A stretch of DNA of 64,000 nucleotides from Callorhinchus milii (taxonomy: Eukaryota), in NCBI RefSeq assembly GCF_018977255.1, contig NW_024704742.1, forward strand, positions 43,030,001-43,094,000, read 5' to 3'. Positions 47,970 through 61,194 of the stretch are shown piece after piece. Both the position numbers and the translations under genes were made by a program. Within the stretch, counting starts at the first letter, position 1. The number at the start of each line of letters is the position of its first letter. The notes under the pieces were generated by a model that saw nothing but the letters and a program-made list of their open reading frames with translations, was not told the origin of the DNA and ran no database searches.

Positions 47970-48744
47970 TGTTGCGAACGGGTTAACTTTTAAATTAAGC
48001 GTGGGGGGCAACTGGACTGACACTCATGATTAACACTCAAGAGCAACAAAAGGCAACCCTCAAGAATAGCAACTAATGAGCAAGTTGCTTAAACTAGAGG
48101 ACCTTGGTACCATCCCGGGACACTGATAAGAAATAACCAGTTACTTAAAAGGAATGTACTAATGATCCCACCTTACAAAATAACAAGCATCAGAAAACAG
48201 GGATCTTAAAGACAATGTGTATGTGTGTTGAGGCACAATACACCCCATGAGTGTTCACGTGAACCTAGCAGGATTTCGGCAGGTGATCTAATATCCACAC
48301 CATGATTGGACGATCATCGGTATAAGAGTTCCGATAACTTTGTGTACGGGGCCGTCCCGGGTCACGGAGACAAGGATACGGGAGATGGGGCCGTCCCGGG
48401 TCACGGAGACAAGGATACGGGAGATCGGGCCATCCTGGGCTGTGGAGACAAGGGTACTGGAGATGGAAGACTGAGAGCTGGAAACACTAAGACTGAGGAT
48501 ATCAGATGGAAGATTGAAAGCTGTAAGCAAGAAGACTGAAAGCATGAAGAATCAAGCTTGTGTGCTGTAAAGACATAGTGTTGAACTCGAGATATCTACG
48601 GTGGTATTCTTCTGTTATAAGATCTGTTGATTGTACCGGCCTTTGGTCTGACCCATCGGGATATTGGGGAATAACGAACGAATAATAATAAAACAGTCAG
48701 ATATCTGGTAGCAAACGGATTATGGCTGATTTTATTTTCAAACA
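47970..48744 (+). mobile_element. Candidate solo LTR (about 775 bp) with an internal 39-bp tandem repeat
   Basis: TGTT...AACA termini, ATTGG at 48305, TATAAG at 48321, AATAAA at 48687, CpG-rich. No TSD confirmed, so the boundaries are uncertain. Confidence 0.6.
48348..48464 (+). repeat. 39-bp tandem repeat x3 (two identical, one diverged)
   Basis: GGGGCCGTCCCGGGTCACGGAGACAAGGATACGGGAGAT. Confidence 0.95.
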
Positions 48745-49754
48745 GCTTTCCCGCCAGATCAGTTGTATTCACATCATCCTTAGAACTATTTGGCAAAGGG
48801 TAATTGGTGCAGTCAATCACAGCCTGGCATGCTCAAGCCCATTCACAACAACAACTTGCATTTATCACATGCTTCACGCGGGATAGTATCTTGGAGTGTA
48901 TTGGAGACAGCTTTCCAGAGTTTATCACCAAATCGAGGAGAGAGGGGAGATGACCGTAGGTATGGTGAAGAGAAAGGTCTTGAAGGTAGTTAGGGAACTC
49001 AACAATGTCAACAATTTCGAAGAACTGGTTTTGATGAGATGAGCTGACTTTGACTGTAAGCAGTTTACCTGATCTCGACTTAAAGCAGATTTGCACACAT
49101 ACTTGCCAGCTATAAATCAGCGTGGATCTTAACACAGTATAAATTAATGGAATTTACAGAATAAACTAACCCTCGACTTTACCTCATCTGTTAATGAGAC
49201 CCAATTAAGGTTGTAATTGGAATTTTTATTGCAGGGAAAAAGAGTGCAATTTTGTTAGAATTTTAGGATGGGTTACGTTATTTTACTCTCTAAATTCTGT
49301 CATTGACTCCACAAATGTTTGGACTGAATCTATCCCCTCCAGTGGTAATTGCAACCCTAATCATGTTGTGTCACAAATCTCCCAAATGAGTGGAAATCTT
49401 TAAAGCTGTTATCAGTAGATTCTGGTATCATTTCCCAGTACAATCCAATTTGTTAGCATTCCCACCAGACCAGATGTATAAACCTCCAACCGAAAGAAGA
49501 ATTGTAATTTCCAATTCATTTTAGCCTCTGGAGTAATAGATGTTGTAATCTAGTTACAAATCATTCTCTGTAAGATCCAGAATCCTTCACGATAAGAACA
49601 TTGACCAAATTAAAACACTGAGGTGCATGATGGATTTGTGCATTGCTGAATGGGATAAATTAATCAGCAAGAAATGGCAAGCAGAAGGATATCCATTCAT
49701 CTCAGGCTGATCTGCAGACGATCACCCCACTGTTTCATTAACTGCTGCCCTTTC

Positions 49755-50215
49755 CAACAACAACAACAAAATTAAGTTTGGATAGCACCTTTCACGTCGG
49801 GAGGATGTCCCAAGGCACTGGACAATCAGTGTTTTGGACTCAAGTTGAAGGTCGGGATCGGGGAGAGTAGAGGGAAAGGGGGGAAGCATGGTTAAAGAGG
49901 AGGGTCTTGAGATGGGTCTTGAAGGAAGCAAAGGAGGGGGCGTGGCAGAGGAACTGCAGGATGGAATTCCAGAGGGTGGGGTCAGAATGTCTGAAGGCCC
50001 ACCCACCAATAGTGGGGCGGGCGAGGTGGGGAACGCAAAGCAGGCTGGAGCCCACTGAATGGAAGGAGCTGCGGAGGGCTTTGAAGGTGAGGACCAAGAT
50101 CTTGAACTGTATCCTCTATGTGATAGGAAGCCAGTGGAGTTGAGTGAGGAGGGGGTGATAGGGTCATGGAGCCTGGTGTAGGCGACGGCGTGATCACCCG
50201 ACAGTTCTGAGTTGT
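49755..50215 (-). mobile_element. L2 3' end
   Basis: RPTIGGWAFRHSDPTLWNSI..FASFKTHLKTLLF plus tail. Confidence 0.9.
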
Positions 50216-50879
50216 ATTCCGCAATTGTAAGACTAAATTCTTTAACTGTTGCTCGTTGTTTTTTCTTACTAACTATAAATCCAGATAATTAGAATATCTT
50301 AATTGTCTGAGTGTTTGTCTTACTCTTACCTCGAGGCTCCCAGAGTAAATCACCCTACATCCCCACAAAGCACTGCAAATATGTCTCCATCTAGTGGAGT
50401 CAATATCTATCCATAGGTTGAAAGCCCACAAAGAAATGACAGCCCTTGGATACATCTTCCAAGGAAAGCATCCAGAACAGGTTTTCCGTCACCTCTTTAT
50501 AGAAAGTATGGCATCATCTCTTTTGAACAACTCTGCCAATACCATAGATAGAAAAGAGTATTTGGAATAGGGGTATAAACAATCCTTGTTATGTGAGTTT
50601 CACTTTTACCCCTGAAGCTATTACCACTAGCCTACCATCTATTATTATGATTATGATTATGATTATTATTATTATCTGATTCCATGTCTTGGCAATGGCC
50701 TGCAGCCCATTCTGATTTATGACTTGCTAAATTTCTTTTGTTGGTACTATATGCTGGAAATAACTCCATCACTACCCATCTCTTTCTCAAGCCAGCCTAT
50801 CTTGGAATCAGATGAGTTAGAGTCCTACTTAATCAACCTACTTAATTACATCATCTCGGCCAAAGTTTTTCCTATCACC

Positions 50880-51800
50880 TGGTCATCTGTGGGTTACCCC
50901 AAGGCTCCATCATTGGCCCCCTTCTTTTCATTATCTACATGCTCCCTCTCAGCGATGTCATCCATAGACATGGGGTCAACTGACACCCAAATCTATTTCT
51001 CCTCCAGCTCCAACTCCGCTAATGTCCTGTCAGCTTGTTTGACAGACATCAAGGCCTGGATGATGGCAAATTTCCTGCAGCTGAATGTCGGCAAGATGGA
51101 AGCCATACTCTTTGGCTACCATTAGCATCTTCTCTCCTGCAGGTCTGAACTGCTCTACCTCCCTGGGCTCTCTTTCAGACTATCCGAACCTGTGCACAAC
51201 TTAGGCATCAGGTTCAATCCCCAGCTTTTCTTTCTACCACATATCCGTTCCCTGACCAGAACCGCTTTTTTTCACCTCTGCCACATTGCCCGCTTCCTCA
51301 CAACTGACGCAGCTGAAATCCTTGTCCATACCTTCGTCACTTTCCTGCTGTACTATTCCAATGCCCTCCTCGCCGGTCACCCCAGGTTCACCATGCACAA
51401 AATCCAATTAATTCAAAACTTTGCTGCCCAGATACTCACCTATACAAAACTCTGTACCCCCACCACACAGTCCTTCCCAGGCTCCACTGGCTCCCAATCA
51501 CTGAACGGATCGACTTCCAACATCCTCTCCCTCGTTTTCAAATCACTTAATTCCCTTGCACCTCCCTACCTATCTGACCTGCTTACCCCTCACTCCACCA
51601 CCCACTGCCTCCGCTCGGCTGGCTCTGGTTTCCTAATTGCCCATTGTACCCTCTGCTCCACCATTGGTGGCTGTGCCTTTAACCATTATGCCCCGAAACT
51701 CTGGAACTCTTTCCCTCGATCCCTCCACCTTGCCCCCTCCCTCCTACCTTAAAATCCTGCCTGAAGAGCTTCATTTTTCATCGTGCTTACCGTCACTTCC
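50880..51800 (+). mobile_element. L2 RT to C-terminus fragment
   Basis: [38 protein letters not shown] and GGCAFNHYAPKLWNSFP. Confidence 0.92.
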
Positions 51801-53544
51801 CCTCTCCCTCTCGGCCTACCTTGTGGTCGCTAGCTTTTGGGTCAACATCTAGTACATGTCAATCTCTGTGGGACTACCATTGGGTTGAGAATGGACTCTT
51901 TGTTTTTACTAATTTTAGTTTAAGTGCTGCTAGTGTTACAGTTTAGTGTTTAGGGTATCTATTTACAGTGTTGTGTTTTATTTTATCTTGAAGTATAATA
52001 CTGTGTAATATTTTACGAAGGGAGGTAGGGATTTACACATGAGTAGGTAGTCGCTGGAATTATGGGCCTGGTAATGCAGCAAAGCTTTCACAAAGGCATT
52101 TCAATTGCAAGAGCAGTAAGCCAATTGAGAATACCTGCTGGCGTGTTGCTCTAATTAGTAAAGCTTCCACAAGAGTAGGGAATGCACTTGCAGAAATAGA
52201 ACTGAATCAGAGGTCACCTAGCACACTTTGCGTTAATAAAATGTACGTGTTACAAGATGGGTGAGAACCGTCGCAAGAGAGAATGATTGGGTGAGAGAGA
52301 CTGAGACTGTGAGAGAGGGGGAGAGAGAGTGATTCACAGAGGGGGGAGAGCAGAGAGAGAGAGAGAAAATGAGAGTTGGAAAATGTGTCAGCACTGCAAT
52401 TGTTAACTACAGTAAGTTACAGAGGGAAAGTCATCCTAATTAGTGACCAGATGCAGTAATTAGTGTAGACAATTCATGCAGACTGATCAACTATACTTTA
52501 TGGTAAAACTTTGATTCCAATACTCTAGGTTTCAAAATACATCTGTTGTTCAACATCGAACGTGTAAGCCCTTCGGAAGAAAGGAAGGAAGGAAGGAAGG
52601 AAGGGACGACGTTGACATGGAGGCGCAGTGGGATGGAGTCCCAGAGAGTGGGGGCAGAATGGTCGAAAGTTCACCTTCCATTGGTGGGTCAGTGGGGGCG
52701 GATTGTCATAATTAACACATTCCTTGTGTTAAATAAGACAAAGAATGGGTGAAGAAAAACTTTAAATTATACCCATATGAGATTATATAATGGATGTATA
52801 GTGAAGGATGCCTGCATTTACTGAAGAAAATACTGTTCAAATTAATTTACTATAGTTTTTGCATCTCTTAATTGACTTTAACAAATGACGACTGATTGTA
52901 AAACTGAAATTAGCTACATACTTTCTAATCATTTCATTACCTAAAGAGTACATTGATGCTGCCGCTTCCATTATTACTTAGTTAATGTTGCTCAGTAAGT
53001 TAAACATTCTCCGGCAAACTGCTTTCAAGTTACAGTGCAATTTACTGGAGAACTTACTGTCCTGGAATGTGGCTCAATCAATACTGATTAAACAGGAGCT
53101 AATGGAGCTTTGGTTTAATTGACAGAACATCATGAAATGGGTTTTTGGTAATGACTCCTTCAGGAGAAATCCCATGCCAGTGTCTGAATTGCACGGCTTG
53201 TATTCAACAATAACACGTCAACTCAAGCATGTTCTGCTCAAAAACTACTAAAAGGATATCTACAGAGCAATGCATTGAATATAGTACTTACTATTTTCAA
53301 AGAGTGACAAGTAATAATGTTTTTTGCATTTGACTGACAATGTATTATGTTGAAACATCTGAAAGAGCTTCACAGAGTTTTCTGTGAAGTGTATCCAAAT
53401 CAAGTTTAAAATCTGCCCAACTACAACGAACACGTAGACAGGATCAGCCCGAACCGACCCAGATACAACAATAGAATTCTGGACACAAACTGTAAGTCAG
53501 TCTTGGAATTGATCCTTCAGAGCAGCTTTTGATTGGCTTTGAGT

Positions 53545-53776
53545 TTGGTTGCTTTTCTGGCCTTAATAATCCCTTCAATAATAAATAAATAAATAAATAA
53601 TAATAATTTGGTCACTCAATCCACGACTGCTTTGGGACACTGCTGTGTGCAATTGGCTGCCATATTTCACCCACAAAATATAAAGTCAATTCACTTCACA
53701 GTATATTCTATGAAGAGCTTTGAGACGTCTCGAAGATGTGATAAGGCGCTATATTAAATGCAAGGATTATTATTAT
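53545..53776 (+). mobile_element. SINE long form, 3' half
   Basis: Deu-like body and TCGAA-loop tail. Confidence 0.88.
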
Positions 53777-54000
53777 CTGATTGGATGGTGAGTACGCCGG
53801 CCGCTTATTGGTGCTGTGGCCGTGGGCCGGTGGCTGTCAGCTGAAGGTGAAGAGGGAACAATGGAAGGTGCTTGATATGCCCATCTGAAGGGCTGACACT
53901 TGTACAGCAAACCTGGTGGAGTCCTTACTTCCCTGGTGAGTTATCACAATGTATCCAGGAGGTCAGCAGGAGGTCCACCTCTTTGACGGCCAAACTCTAC

Positions 54001-54074
54001 TATAGTGAGCACCCTCATATAACAATCTTTTCTGCCGCTTCCAAAGGAGTTTGTTACAATGATGTTCGATTGTA
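54001..54074. mobile_element. Possible degenerate Tigger/pogo-type MITE
   Basis: TATAGTGAGCACCCTCATATAACAA...TTGTTACAATGATGTTCGATTGTA, with imperfect TIRs and TA ends. Confidence 0.35.
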
Positions 54075-54943
54075 TGTCACCTTATTATCAGAAGACACTG
54101 ACTAACAGACTGAACCAAGGTTTCAGCTGACCTGCAAATTACTTTCCAGTATGTGTGGCTCAGCCCTGACCTACTGTTCCTTCAATATTTTAAGTTCCTT
54201 AAGGCCTAATTTTTTAATCTCTTCGGTTATCAACGTGTAATCTTGTGATGTAGGTTGAGTTCTTGTAATTATTCAGGTAGGTCAGAAGGAAATGCTGTAT
54301 AATCAATGATATTAAAAGGAATCAGTTTGCTTTTTATACACCACCAAAGGTTGTATCAAAACAAACATATTCTGTGCTTCAATTGAAGGTACCCATCTGG
54401 AACATTTGGCAAGCTCCATTTATAAAACAAACAGAACCCGTGGGTTCGAAAACAATTTTTAAAGATTATTGTTTAGCAGGCTATTGGTAAAGCAGGAATG
54501 CTTATATTTGCTTTGTCTGGCCAACATATAATGCCTATAAATTCAAATAGCTTAGAGAAAGCACAAATATGCGATGGAGAATGATATTTGACCCTGCAAT
54601 AGATTCCTTGCATTGAAAGCAGACCATGGGGAGCCAAGTTAACTGGAATCGAAAACAGGGAATCAGCTACCTAAACAATAAGAAAGAAGATAGGAAGGTG
54701 CAATAAAAAAGATAGGATAATTGCATTTAGCTGTTGTTAACTGTAGTTGAGGTTGGGAAGCAACATTACAATAGAATGGAGAATGCATTTTGTTACATTA
54801 TGATTGGGCAGCAATACGCAATTAAGCAAACTGTATCCTGGATCAGTAACAGATGAAAACTCCAGCAAAGTATATTGGAAACAAAGGGTTAAACAAGCTG
54901 CCCAAACTAGAATCATAGAATGTTGTAACATGGATAAGGAGAC

Positions 54944-55091
54944 ACTCAGGTATTTAGAGTGCACTGAGAAATTATATGCATGTTGTTATTCAAGTCTTAC
55001 ATAATAAGATTGGATAATATGTGGATCCTACATAATAAGACGTGGATAACAGCACGTATTTAATTCCTCAGTGCATTCTAAATACCTGAGT
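54944..55091. repeat. Long palindrome with 56-bp arms; weaker symmetry continues outward
   Basis: ACTCAGGTATTTAGAGTGCACTGAG... / ...CTCAGTGCATTCTAAATACCTGAGT, 48/56 complementary by eye. Confidence 0.9.
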
Positions 55092-55984
55092 CTTAATTTA
55101 TCGGAAGCTGGTTGTAGCATTTGAATTTTTACGGCAACTTTGCTCTTTAATTATTAATAGTTGGTTTGCTCAAAATCAAAGAGATTTGTGCTTTCAACAG
55201 CATTTCTGAAAGCTGGAAGTGTGTTATTCTTTTACTTTTCATAGGTTGTACTACGTAAGAGTGCAGTACGTGACGAAATAATAGAGGATTCAAGGATTCC
55301 CACCCCTACAGCTACTAAGAATCACAACAACAACACACAGGTGCACACCCCAACAGTGCAGACAGTCCTGTGTCCAGATTGTGTCCTGTGCAGTGGGGCC
55401 GGACAGGCCCGTGCCCACCACAGCAGTGGGGGCAGCCCTGTGTGCTGGTCAGTGGTACCACACAGGCTGGTGCACAGGCCATTTGGCAAAAACGTTTATT
55501 AACCAAACTATATACATCTTCTACTCTCTCTAATCCTATGAGGGTTGAATTTAGTTTAAAAATGGATTAAGATGAAATGTGCAGATTTGTTTCCAGCATT
55601 CATAGGAAACCAAGTTCTGCCAAAGCAGGTCAGATCTTGTGCATTTTGGGAGTAATACCACCTTAATTCTGAATCCAGAAAAAATAGACTATATACAGTA
55701 TTTCACATTGTCAACTGTTTTTAAAAATATATAACAACTTGCACTTATATAGCACCCTCCACGCAGGATAGGTGGAGCACTTAAGGATAAGGATCATATT
55801 AACTCAGTCCAATCCTGCCACTGTGCAGTGCTCCATGATGGTATCGTATGTGAAGGGTGCTATATAAATGCAAGTTTTTGTTACAGTATTTCTTCAAGAA
55901 ATATCAGCTGAATAATCAGAAAACACATCATATAAAATTGAATGAAACATAATTGGTTATGATGGTGCTTTTAATGGAAGAATC

Positions 55985-56199
55985 TTATTATTCCTAACCC
56001 AAACAAAACAAAGATAAATTGGTCATTTTCAATCTACGACCGTTTGTGGGACATTGCTGTGTGCAATTGGCTGCCGCGTTCGCCCACAAATATACAGTCA
56101 ATTCACTTTACAGTATATTCTGTGAAGCGCTTTGGGACACTAGAAGACGTGAAAAGTGCTATATCAAATGCAAGGATTATTATTATTATTATTATTATT
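55985..56199 (+). mobile_element. SINE short form, 3' half
   Basis: AAATTGGTCATTTTCAATCTACGAC...(ATT)n. Confidence 0.9.
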
Positions 56200-57599
56200 C
56201 ACAGAAAAAGATAGATGCAGACTTGCCTATTCACTTACTTTAAATACATTTATGGGATAAATTACATAGGTAGTTCAGGACATATGTACACGCGACTGCC
56301 AGAAAGATAGACCTTGTTCTTTTTTTCGTCTAGCATTTCTTATGTTCTTATGAAAATCTATCAACAATATTTCTTTTAACCAAAAGCAGGTTATCATGAA
56401 ATACCTCTTTGGCAGATGGACCAAGTGGAAACAATCATTTTAACATTTCTTCTTTTAATAGCTTGGAACAAAAGAAAATTAGAATAAGTAGAGAATAGTA
56501 AAAGTAAAGTTAAAATTAGAAATAGGTAGAGGAGAAGAAGAAGGTTTAAAAAATGATGACAGTCTGAGAAGAGGCAATATTTTTAAAATGTGTGATTTTT
56601 AGTTGAAAAGTGTTTTTGGCATAGGTTTTAGTGGGTTAAATCTGATATTGCAGTGGTAAAGTTATTCCAGATGTGTGAGTAGCTTTATCACTGTAACACT
56701 GATATTTTTTCAGCCTTACAGTGTACAACCTGAAACAGAATCTGTTGGCCCAGAGAAGCCTTTGTTAACTTATGAGCAGGTAAGGGTTAAGAAAAGAGGT
56801 ACAAAGTTCATAACTCTGTGCTGCCAGAAAGTGTGTAATTAAAAATGAAATTGCTACTCCTACATTTCAAATATTATTTATAATACTGATACTTTAGACT
56901 TTATTCAGTTTCCGGTCGGATTTGATTTCATTCCTTCTCAAATTCCCAATGTCTTCAAATATTGGGCAAATGACCTACTTGCAGTTCTGCCGGTGCCATT
57001 CGTTAACTAGCTAATAGGCATTGCAAAACAGCAGTTGATTTTCTACATGCTTTTTCCATTTCTGTAGGCAGGTCCTTCATCTATGCATAGTCTTTAAACT
57101 AATAAATTACAAAGTTCCAATACGGTGTATACAAAACTTAGTTACATTCACAGTTATTATATTACAAATCTATTCTCCAGACAAGCATGCTATATTAAAT
57201 AACTATTATAATAATCCAGTTGTTTGTGTTTGGACAATATTCAAAACATATTTTGGTGGATTTGGTGAGGGTTATGTTTGTGCCTTGCTAAGTTTTTTTT
57301 AATCTTTGTGTTTCTGGAAATATGCATAAAATGGACATCTATATGCTAGGTATGAAAGAGGAACTGGGCATCATTGCATAATTGTATTATACAGTACAAC
57401 CAAACAATCATTGTATTAGCTTGGCTCAGTTTATAGGACCCATTGCCTCTGAGTCAGAAAGTTGAGTCAGTCAAGCCCCACATTAGGACTTTGAGCTTAT
57501 AGTTTAAGACAGCACTCCTTTGCTGCACTGGAGGAGCACTGTCCTTCTGATGGACGTTAAACTGATGCCAGGAAATTTTATGTTTTAATTCTTCAGTGT

Positions 57600-59303
57600 T
57601 CATCAGCAGATCTGGCTGGACCTTATCAAATCTTACCGCTCCACACTTACCTCCGCTAAATCATCGTTCTACTCCAAGACAATCTTGAAGGCCAAGGTCA
57701 ACCCCAGGTTCCTCTTCTCCATCACCAACCGGGTCCTCTGCCCATCCTCTCATGCCTCGCCCATGCTCACCTCCAACGCCAACTGCAAGGCAATGCTGGA
57801 CTTCTTCGAAACCAAAGCCGAGGGCATCCACTCAGCTGCCTCTGCCCTTCCATCTACTACGCTCTCCCCATCTCCCCCTCACACCCTGGCCCCTACCCAT
57901 CTCTTCCTCCACAGCTTCGAACCTGTTTCCCACTCCTCTCTCACCACCACTATAACCCGCATGAAACCGACCACCTGCATCGTCGACCCCTTCCCTACCC
58001 CTCTCCTTAACTCCCAGCTCTACCTCCTTGCCCTTCTACTCACAGGCATCATAATCTTCTCCCTGTACACTGGCACAGTTCCTACCCCTTCAAAAACGGC
58101 TGTCATCACTCCTATCCTTAAAAAAATCCCTCCCTGGACCAATCCCTGCTTTCAAACTACAGCCCTATCTCCAGCCTCCCTTTCCTTTCCAGGAACGTCT
58201 TGGAACGAGTCATTGCTTCCCAGCTATACACTCCCTCTTGATGACATCATCCACAGACATGGGGTGAATTTACACATGTATGCGGACGACACCCAACTGT
58301 GCCTCTCTGCCTCCACCCTTGATTCTGTCAGACATCAAGTCCTGGATGAGAGCTAACCTTCAGTTGAATGTCAACAAGACTGAGGCTCTCCTGATTGGCT
58401 CCTGTCAGCACCTCACATCTCAGGCGCTGACAGTATCACCATCCAAGGATGCAAACTCCACCAGACTAAGCCAGTCCAGAACCTTGGCATCTTGTTTGAT
58501 CCTCAACTATCCTTTCTATCCCACATCTGTGCCATGACCCACTTTGCCTTCCCTCACTTCCGCAACATTGCCCAGCTCCACAGTCCGGTGAATCCCTCAC
58601 ACATACATCATAACATCATGACTTGACTATACAAACTTCCTGCTTGTCGCTCTCCCCAGCTTCTCCCTTCAAAGGCTGCAGTTCATCCAGAACTCTGCAG
58701 CCCATGTCCTCTCCTGCACCAGGCTCACCCTATCACCCCCATCCTTGCCCGACTTCACTGGCTTCACATCACACAGAGGATACAGTTCAAGATCCTTGTC
58801 CTCACCTTCAAAACCCTCCATGGTCTTTTCCTCCCTACCTCTGTGATCTCCTAACCCTCTACCCACCTGCCCACTCCCTCCGCTCAAAGGGCTCCGGCCT
58901 GCTTCACGTCCCCCGCCTCGCCCGCCCCACTATTGGCGGGCTAGCCTTCAGTCACTCTGCCCCCACCCTCTGGAACTCCATCTCGCAGTCCCTCCATCTC
59001 ATACTCTCCCTTGCTTCCTTTCTTTAGTTGAACATCAACAAGACTGAGGCCCTCCTGATTGGCTCCCGTCAGCGCCTCCACACCTCAGGCGCTGACAGTA
59101 TCACCATCCAAGGATGTACTCCACCAGACCCATTTCAATTCCCTCCTCTTCGACCGTGCATTCAGTCACCCTCCTCTCCCCCTGCTCTCCACCCTCCCCA
59201 ATCCCAACCCCCAGCTCAGTTTTGAAACGCTTACTGTCCAGCGCCTTGTGCTTCCTCCCAATGTGCAAGGGGCTATACTCATGTAATTTTGTTGTTATTG
59301 TTG
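57600..59303 (+). mobile_element. L2 fragment (pre-RT to 3' end) with internal deletions and an internal duplication
   Basis: MKPTTCIVDPFPT, KTAVITPILKK, HMYADDTQL and GGLAFSHSAPTLWNSI plus tail. Confidence 0.93.
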
Positions 59304-61194
59304 ATGTTCTTTAAAATGGACTCAAAACATCTCCAGTTAATAAATGCATAAGCAAGTTCAGGGAAAACATTTCCCTCTTCTGGTTTTCATTCTGTCAGAA
59401 TGAGGATGCAGTGATTGAATATCTATCCACGTACCAAGAAACTATCTTGGAATAATTATACAGCTTTCGTATTCACAAAGCTAAAAACAGTATTTTATAA
59501 GGTGTCAGTTTACCATTTCTGCTTTGGGTGCCTTGCCTTTGTTTATTCAATATAGGTGTTATTGAAGTCATGTTAATCTCCCTCTACTCCACCTAGTTGA
59601 AGGCCGCCATCTTTGTGAATCATTCCACGTCTGCTTATCTCTATCTTGCCAGTTTTCACTTATAGCCATGTTTCCTTCATGTCACCAATTGGCTCCAATT
59701 TACTAGGTTCATCGAAGTACCTGCATGATTTGTTACTTACAAATCAACCTGTCACTCTCACAAATTAGACCCTAGTTTGAACTTTTTTGGCTAACTGTTT
59801 ACACAGCTTGGAAAATGATCAGAGTGGCTACAGCAGTAAATATTTTTGGGTGACTGTGGTTAAGGCAGGAAACCTACTTGGTAGGGCTCATATGTAAATA
59901 TAGGTCTCTCACTGTGCTTGATTATAGTTTTCAATAGGGACACTAGTATTTATGAGTCTGTGATATAATGTTAGCTGTGTGGATGTTTTTTTTTAGAAAT
60001 GTCTGTTATTAGACTGAGATTAATCTGTTTAGACCATTACAGTATATCTTGCAAAGCACTTAGAGATGTCCTCCTGACATGAAAGGCACTATCTCAAATT
60101 CAAGGATTATTATAATAGTCACAATTTACAATACAATATATATATTTACATCGTAGAGTGTCAGACAAAAAACAAACTGAAAGCAAAGGGTTAGCTACAC
60201 AGGTTTCCAACTCAGTGTATCTTGTAATACAACAGAAATTATTGCATATGACATTTTATTAAAAAAGCAAGATGGGCAATGCTTTTAATGATAAGTCGCC
60301 AATCTGAATTATGATCTTGTGCTGGCAAATGGATTGTCAGTACATGTCCAAATATAGAAGCCGTCATTATTCTGGCATCTCTTGTCTGTCATCAGCTAGG
60401 TCAACGCTCGAGGTAGTCACCAGTAAGTTAAGTCATATGAGTATCCCGTTTAGATAACATTCCACCAGGGGCCTCCCTGTTATCAATGTATTGCATTCTC
60501 CAGCAGTGCTTAGCGTTCCTACAGCATGGGCACTCAAATGAAATGCCCTAAGATTATACTCTAATGAATTTCTAAGTGAAAGACTTTATCAAGTTCTCAA
60601 ACCAAATGTTTCATCAGACACTGTGACTTAAGGAATAGAAATTAGACCTTGTGGTGTCGTTGATGTCACAATCTAGTTATAGATTGACCTACGATAGAAA
60701 TCGTAGGGCGCATGAGAAAGTACAATAATAGATAGTAGCAAGTAAACACACTGGAGGTCAGCTTACTGGGTTAGATGAAAGGTTTGGATAATATTTGAAA
60801 GATGAAAGAAAGCAAATGAAAATATACTGTAGCTTATGACAGTTGATGTAACAAATCCATGATTCTTTTATACTTAATAATAAGTTAGAGGATAGTTCAA
60901 TTGATTTCTTGTAAAGAAGAGTAGAACCAATAGAGGTTATACTTTTGAGAAATTTGTACTCCAGAGTTCATTAAGTCGTACCACTCCTCAAGGATACCTC
61001 ATTTCGTATCAGTATTTATAACAGTAATGCTGACAAAAGAAAATACTCTAAATTCCTTTATAAATTAAGATCAACATAACATTGAATTTTATAGAAAGCT
61101 TTAATTGCTGGAAAAGAAACTCTTTCAATCAAACTGATGGGATGAAATTCTCTTTTATCCTGACAACTGTAATGATTCTAAGTAGGAACAGTTG

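Noticed and set aside
48306..48539. 77-aa ORF with 13-aa repeats
   Set aside because: A by-product of the 39-bp tandem repeat in a putative LTR, with a non-ATG start.
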